DNA from: Macrostomum lignano
Lineage: Eukaryota
Length of the DNA stretch: 64,000 nucleotides
Direction of reading: 5' to 3'
NCBI GenBank assembly: GCA_002269645.1
Contig: NIVC01001498.1
Coordinates: 214,602-278,601, forward strand
In this document: positions 60,741 to 64,000 of the stretch, one piece after another
Numbering within the stretch: position 1 is the stretch's first letter
Layout of the letters: every line of letters begins with the position of its first letter
Program-made: the position numbers and the translations under genes
The notes under the pieces: generated by a model
The model's input: only the letters and a program-made list of their open reading frames with translations
The model's database searches: none
Told to the model about the DNA's origin: nothing

Positions 60741-63700
60741 GTGGACATCCTGCAGCTAAACCTGCACCACTGCATCGCGGCCTCGACCAACCTGATGCGG
60801 GTGGCAAACTTTGCGAAACCGGGCATCATCCTACTCCAGGAGCCCTGGACAAAGAAAGGTAAGATTCCGAATATTCCTGCTGGTTTTGACTGTTTTCAGG
60901 ACCCTCAAAACCCCAGAGCAGCCATGTTCGTGTCTACCCATCTCAAAGCTTGGCACAGACCGGACCTCTCTGACAGAGATCTCTGTGTCATTCAGTCCAA
61001 CCACATTATCACCAACCGCACGGTCATAATCGCCTCGATTTATATCCCTGGCGATGGCCCCGCGGTTCCACCCAACCTCACCTCCCTCGTGGACTACTGC
61101 TCTAACCGTAGGTTCGAGCTGCTGGTGGCGGGCGACATCAACGCTCACCACACCCACTGGGGCAGTAATTCTTCCAATAGCAGAGGCGAGGAACTCCTTG
61201 CTTACATCTGCACCACCAACACTGAGTTTTGCAACATTGGTGGAACCCCCACCTTTGACAACGGGCGATGGACGGAGGCCCTCGACGTTACCCTCGTCTC
61301 CCATGGCCTGGCTCCTTTAGTCAAGGACTGGGAAGTTTGGGACGAAGAGGAGTCTCTGTCTGACCATCGCTTCGTTCGTTTTCGATTGCAATCCTCTTGC
61401 CCCAAGCCTCACATTCTGTGGAAAAGGAACGTCTGGAACACTGACTGGACGGCTTTCACGGAAACCCTGAAATGCCAGACAGATCAGCTGACTACCGTCG
61501 CTCCAACCACCTGTCAGGAAGTGGATGACCTTGCAGACTTGCTCAGCAAGACCGTCCTGACAGCCCATGAGGCTTCCTGTCCTCTTAAAGCCTACAAAGG
61601 CAAAAAATCCGCCCCCCCCTGGTGGCACCCGGCGCTCGGATCCCTCCGGCGCAAGGCAAAGTGCCTCCAACGGAAAGCTCGCAAGAGCAAGGACCCAGCT
61701 GACCTGGCCGCCTATCAAGAAGCGATCCGCGACTTTAAGCGTGAAACCAGGAAAGCCAAGTCCGACAAATGGCGCCAATACTGCGCGGAGTTAGAAGGCA
61801 CCCGCCCTACTTCGCGCGTAGTTAAGGCTCTCACCCTCGACAAAATGTCAAAGCTCTCAGTTATTAAAAGACCGGACGGCCGGCTCGCTGAGAACCCTGG
61901 GGAATCGCTGGACATTATGCTCACCAGCTCTTTCCTACGTGCCGCACCGCAGCTAGGCCCACCGGACCACTCTCCGGGCGGACAGATCCTGGCTTCGACC
62001 ATCATTACCAGAGAGAGGACGGCTCGCGCCGCAAAATCCTTCTCTCCTTTCAAGTCCCCGGGTCCTGACAACATTTATCCTGCCTTCCTTCATGAGGCAG
62101 TTAAAAATGACAGGTTTCTCGGCCTCCTCTGCAACCTCTTCAAGGCCAGCATTACCCTCGGGTATGTGCCAAAAGCCTGGCAAGAGGCTACGGTAGTCTT
62201 CATACCCAAGCCAGGAAAGGGAGACTATCACTCCGCCAAAGCTTACCGCCCTATCAGTCTGACGTCCTTCTTCCTCAAACTGATGGAACGGCTGGTGCTC
62301 TGGCGCCTTCTCCTCGTTGAGCTGAGGAACTCCCCGCTCTCCCCTAATCAGCACGCCTTTCGTCCTGGACGTTCCATCGAAAGTGCGCTGCACGCCATTG
62401 TCGACAAGCTGGAGCGCGCCGTGCTTGGCAGTGGATACGCGCTGTCGCTTTTCCTCGACATTGATGGTGCTTTCAACAATGTGCTCTTTGAAGCCTTTAA
62501 GCGAGCCCTGGAATCCCGGGACACGCACGAGCACCTCACCCGCTGGATCATGTACATGGTCTCCCATCGTACTGCCACCTCGCACCTCCTGGGACACTCA
62601 CGCTCCGTGGAAGTCCAGAAGGGCGGACCGCAAGGTGGAGTCCTCAGCCCGATCCTCTGGAACTTAGTCATGGACGAGCTGCTTTGCAGCCCGCATCCGG
62701 ACCCTGTTCAGAAGGTCGGCTACGCGGACGATGTTACCGCCACTGTGGCTGGACCATCGCCCGCGGTCCTCAGGGACCTCCTTCAAGCCTTCATTCACCG
62801 TACCGAGCGCTGGGCACATAGCTGCGGCCTCAGGTTCTCTGAGTCTAAAACCGTGGCTATCATGTTCACCAGCCGCCGAAACTGGAGGATCGAACCGCTC
62901 TCCCTGTATGGCAAACCTGTTGCCATGGAGAAACAAACTAGATGTCTGGGCGTCACCCTCGACCACAGGTTGAGCTGGACCCCGCACGTCCAAACGAAAG
63001 CCCGCAAAGCTCTCGCGACTCTCGCGCAGATCCGCAGAGCTTTCGGTGCTACCTGGGGCCTCACCCCCGCCGCCTCTGGTGGATTTACACTGCCATTGTT
63101 AGACCGGCCATCTCCTTCGCCGGCTTCATTTGGAACAGTGCCCTAGAGGTGAAAGGGGTTCTTGAGGTTTTAAATAGGGTGCAAGGCCGCGCTTGTCGAG
63201 CTATCATGAGCGCGGCTCCCTCTACGCCCTTCGCTGGCATGAACTCCTTCTTGGACATTCCCCCCCTCGACCTCTTTGTTAGAGGGGAGGCAATGAAAAC
63301 CACCCGTCGTCTGCTTGACGCGGGTGTCCAAATCCAGAAGCAGTTTGCCTTCAGAAAGCGGAACCTCCGGCCGCATGGCGACCTCAGCCTGCGAGACCTG
63401 GAAGCAGCGAGAGGCCTGCTGACCCTCTCGGACGGAATCCCGTCCACGCTCTGCCCCGGCTCAAATTCAAAACCAGCATTCCACCACGCCATGAAGCGAG
63501 AGACAACTGGAAACCCCATGAAATCCACTGCTTCACTGACGGGTCCCAAATCAACTCCGCCTCTGGATACGGCTACTGCATCGTGTCTGGAGGGAGAACT
63601 GTGGCGACCTTCTCCCAACACACCGGCACCTGCTCCACCGTCTTCCAGAACGAAGTTCTCGCCATCAGCTCCTGCGCCATGGAGCTGTACAATCAGCGCG

Positions 63701-63980
63701 TCTGGGGGAAGGAAATTACCCTCCACTCGGACAGTCAAGCGGCGATTCACGCCCTTGAGCGCACCACCACCTGCTCGCGTACAGTCCTCGACTGCATCGG
63801 GCAGCTCAACCGCTTAAGCGCCTCCAACAAGGTGTCCCTAAGGTGGATCCCCGGGCATTCGGGCCACCCGGCAACGAGCTGGCCGATCGCCTGGCCAAGG
63901 CTGGCTCGACCGGTTCTTTCACTGGTCCCCTGCCCGTGGCCCCCACCCCCATCGCCGTTGTCACCACTCGGATCAACTAG
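60741..63980 (+). CDS. Retrotransposon ORF2: APE endonuclease, reverse transcriptase, RNase H (three -1 frameshifts, TAG at 63978)
   Basis: APE: ILQLNLHH, LLQEPW, AGDINAHH, LDVTL, SDHR. RT: KSPGPD, FIPKPGK, YRPISL, QHAFR, FLDIDGAF, PQGGVLSP, YADD, LGVTLD. RNase H after restoring frames: FTDGS, QNEV, SDSQAA, WIPGHSG, NELADRLAK. Confidence 0.92.
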
Positions 63981-64000
63981 TGGGTGGCTTCTAAGCACAG

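Larger units (their letters stand above)
58646..64000 (+). mobile_element. Non-LTR retrotransposon, LOA/I-group-like (ORF1 + APE-RT-RNase H); 3' end lies beyond the window
   Basis: Abrupt shift to high GC after T-rich flank. Structured 5' UTR, ORF1, then APE, RT and RNase H motifs in order. The TSD cannot be seen because the 3' end is missing. Confidence 0.93.

Overview
Eukaryotic (animal) genomic DNA, roughly 45-50% tandem repeat, with GC-rich exons in AT-rich or repeat-filled introns. The landscape resembles the free-living flatworm Macrostomum, but this is inference only. Three spliced minus-strand genes can be rebuilt by hand with consistent splice phases: an SLC6 glycine-transporter-like gene (7 coding exons, 55880-49733, 677 aa), an SH3-less amphiphysin/BIN-type BAR-domain gene with a TATA promoter (11 exons, 47130-40894, about 337 aa), and a divergent secreted FGF (FGF8/17/18-like core) with a long arginine-rich tail (4 exons, 35834-22459, about 606 aa). 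The right end holds the 5' 5.35 kb of a LOA-like non-LTR retrotransposon (ORF1; APE endonuclease-RT-RNase H). The best discovery candidate is at its 5' tip: an HDV/CPEB3-like self-cleaving ribozyme fold (58646-58858) in which every element can be paired by eye. ORF1 and ORF2 appear to be in one frame, separated only by a UGA, with no AUG before the endonuclease. Other oddities: inverted (TCTA)n arrays sharing an exact variant barcode, intronic satellites that repeat their own intron's 5' splice site, a 112-nt hairpin with a dispersed half copy, and a TA-flanked MITE. All long low-complexity ORFs in the track are repeat artefacts.
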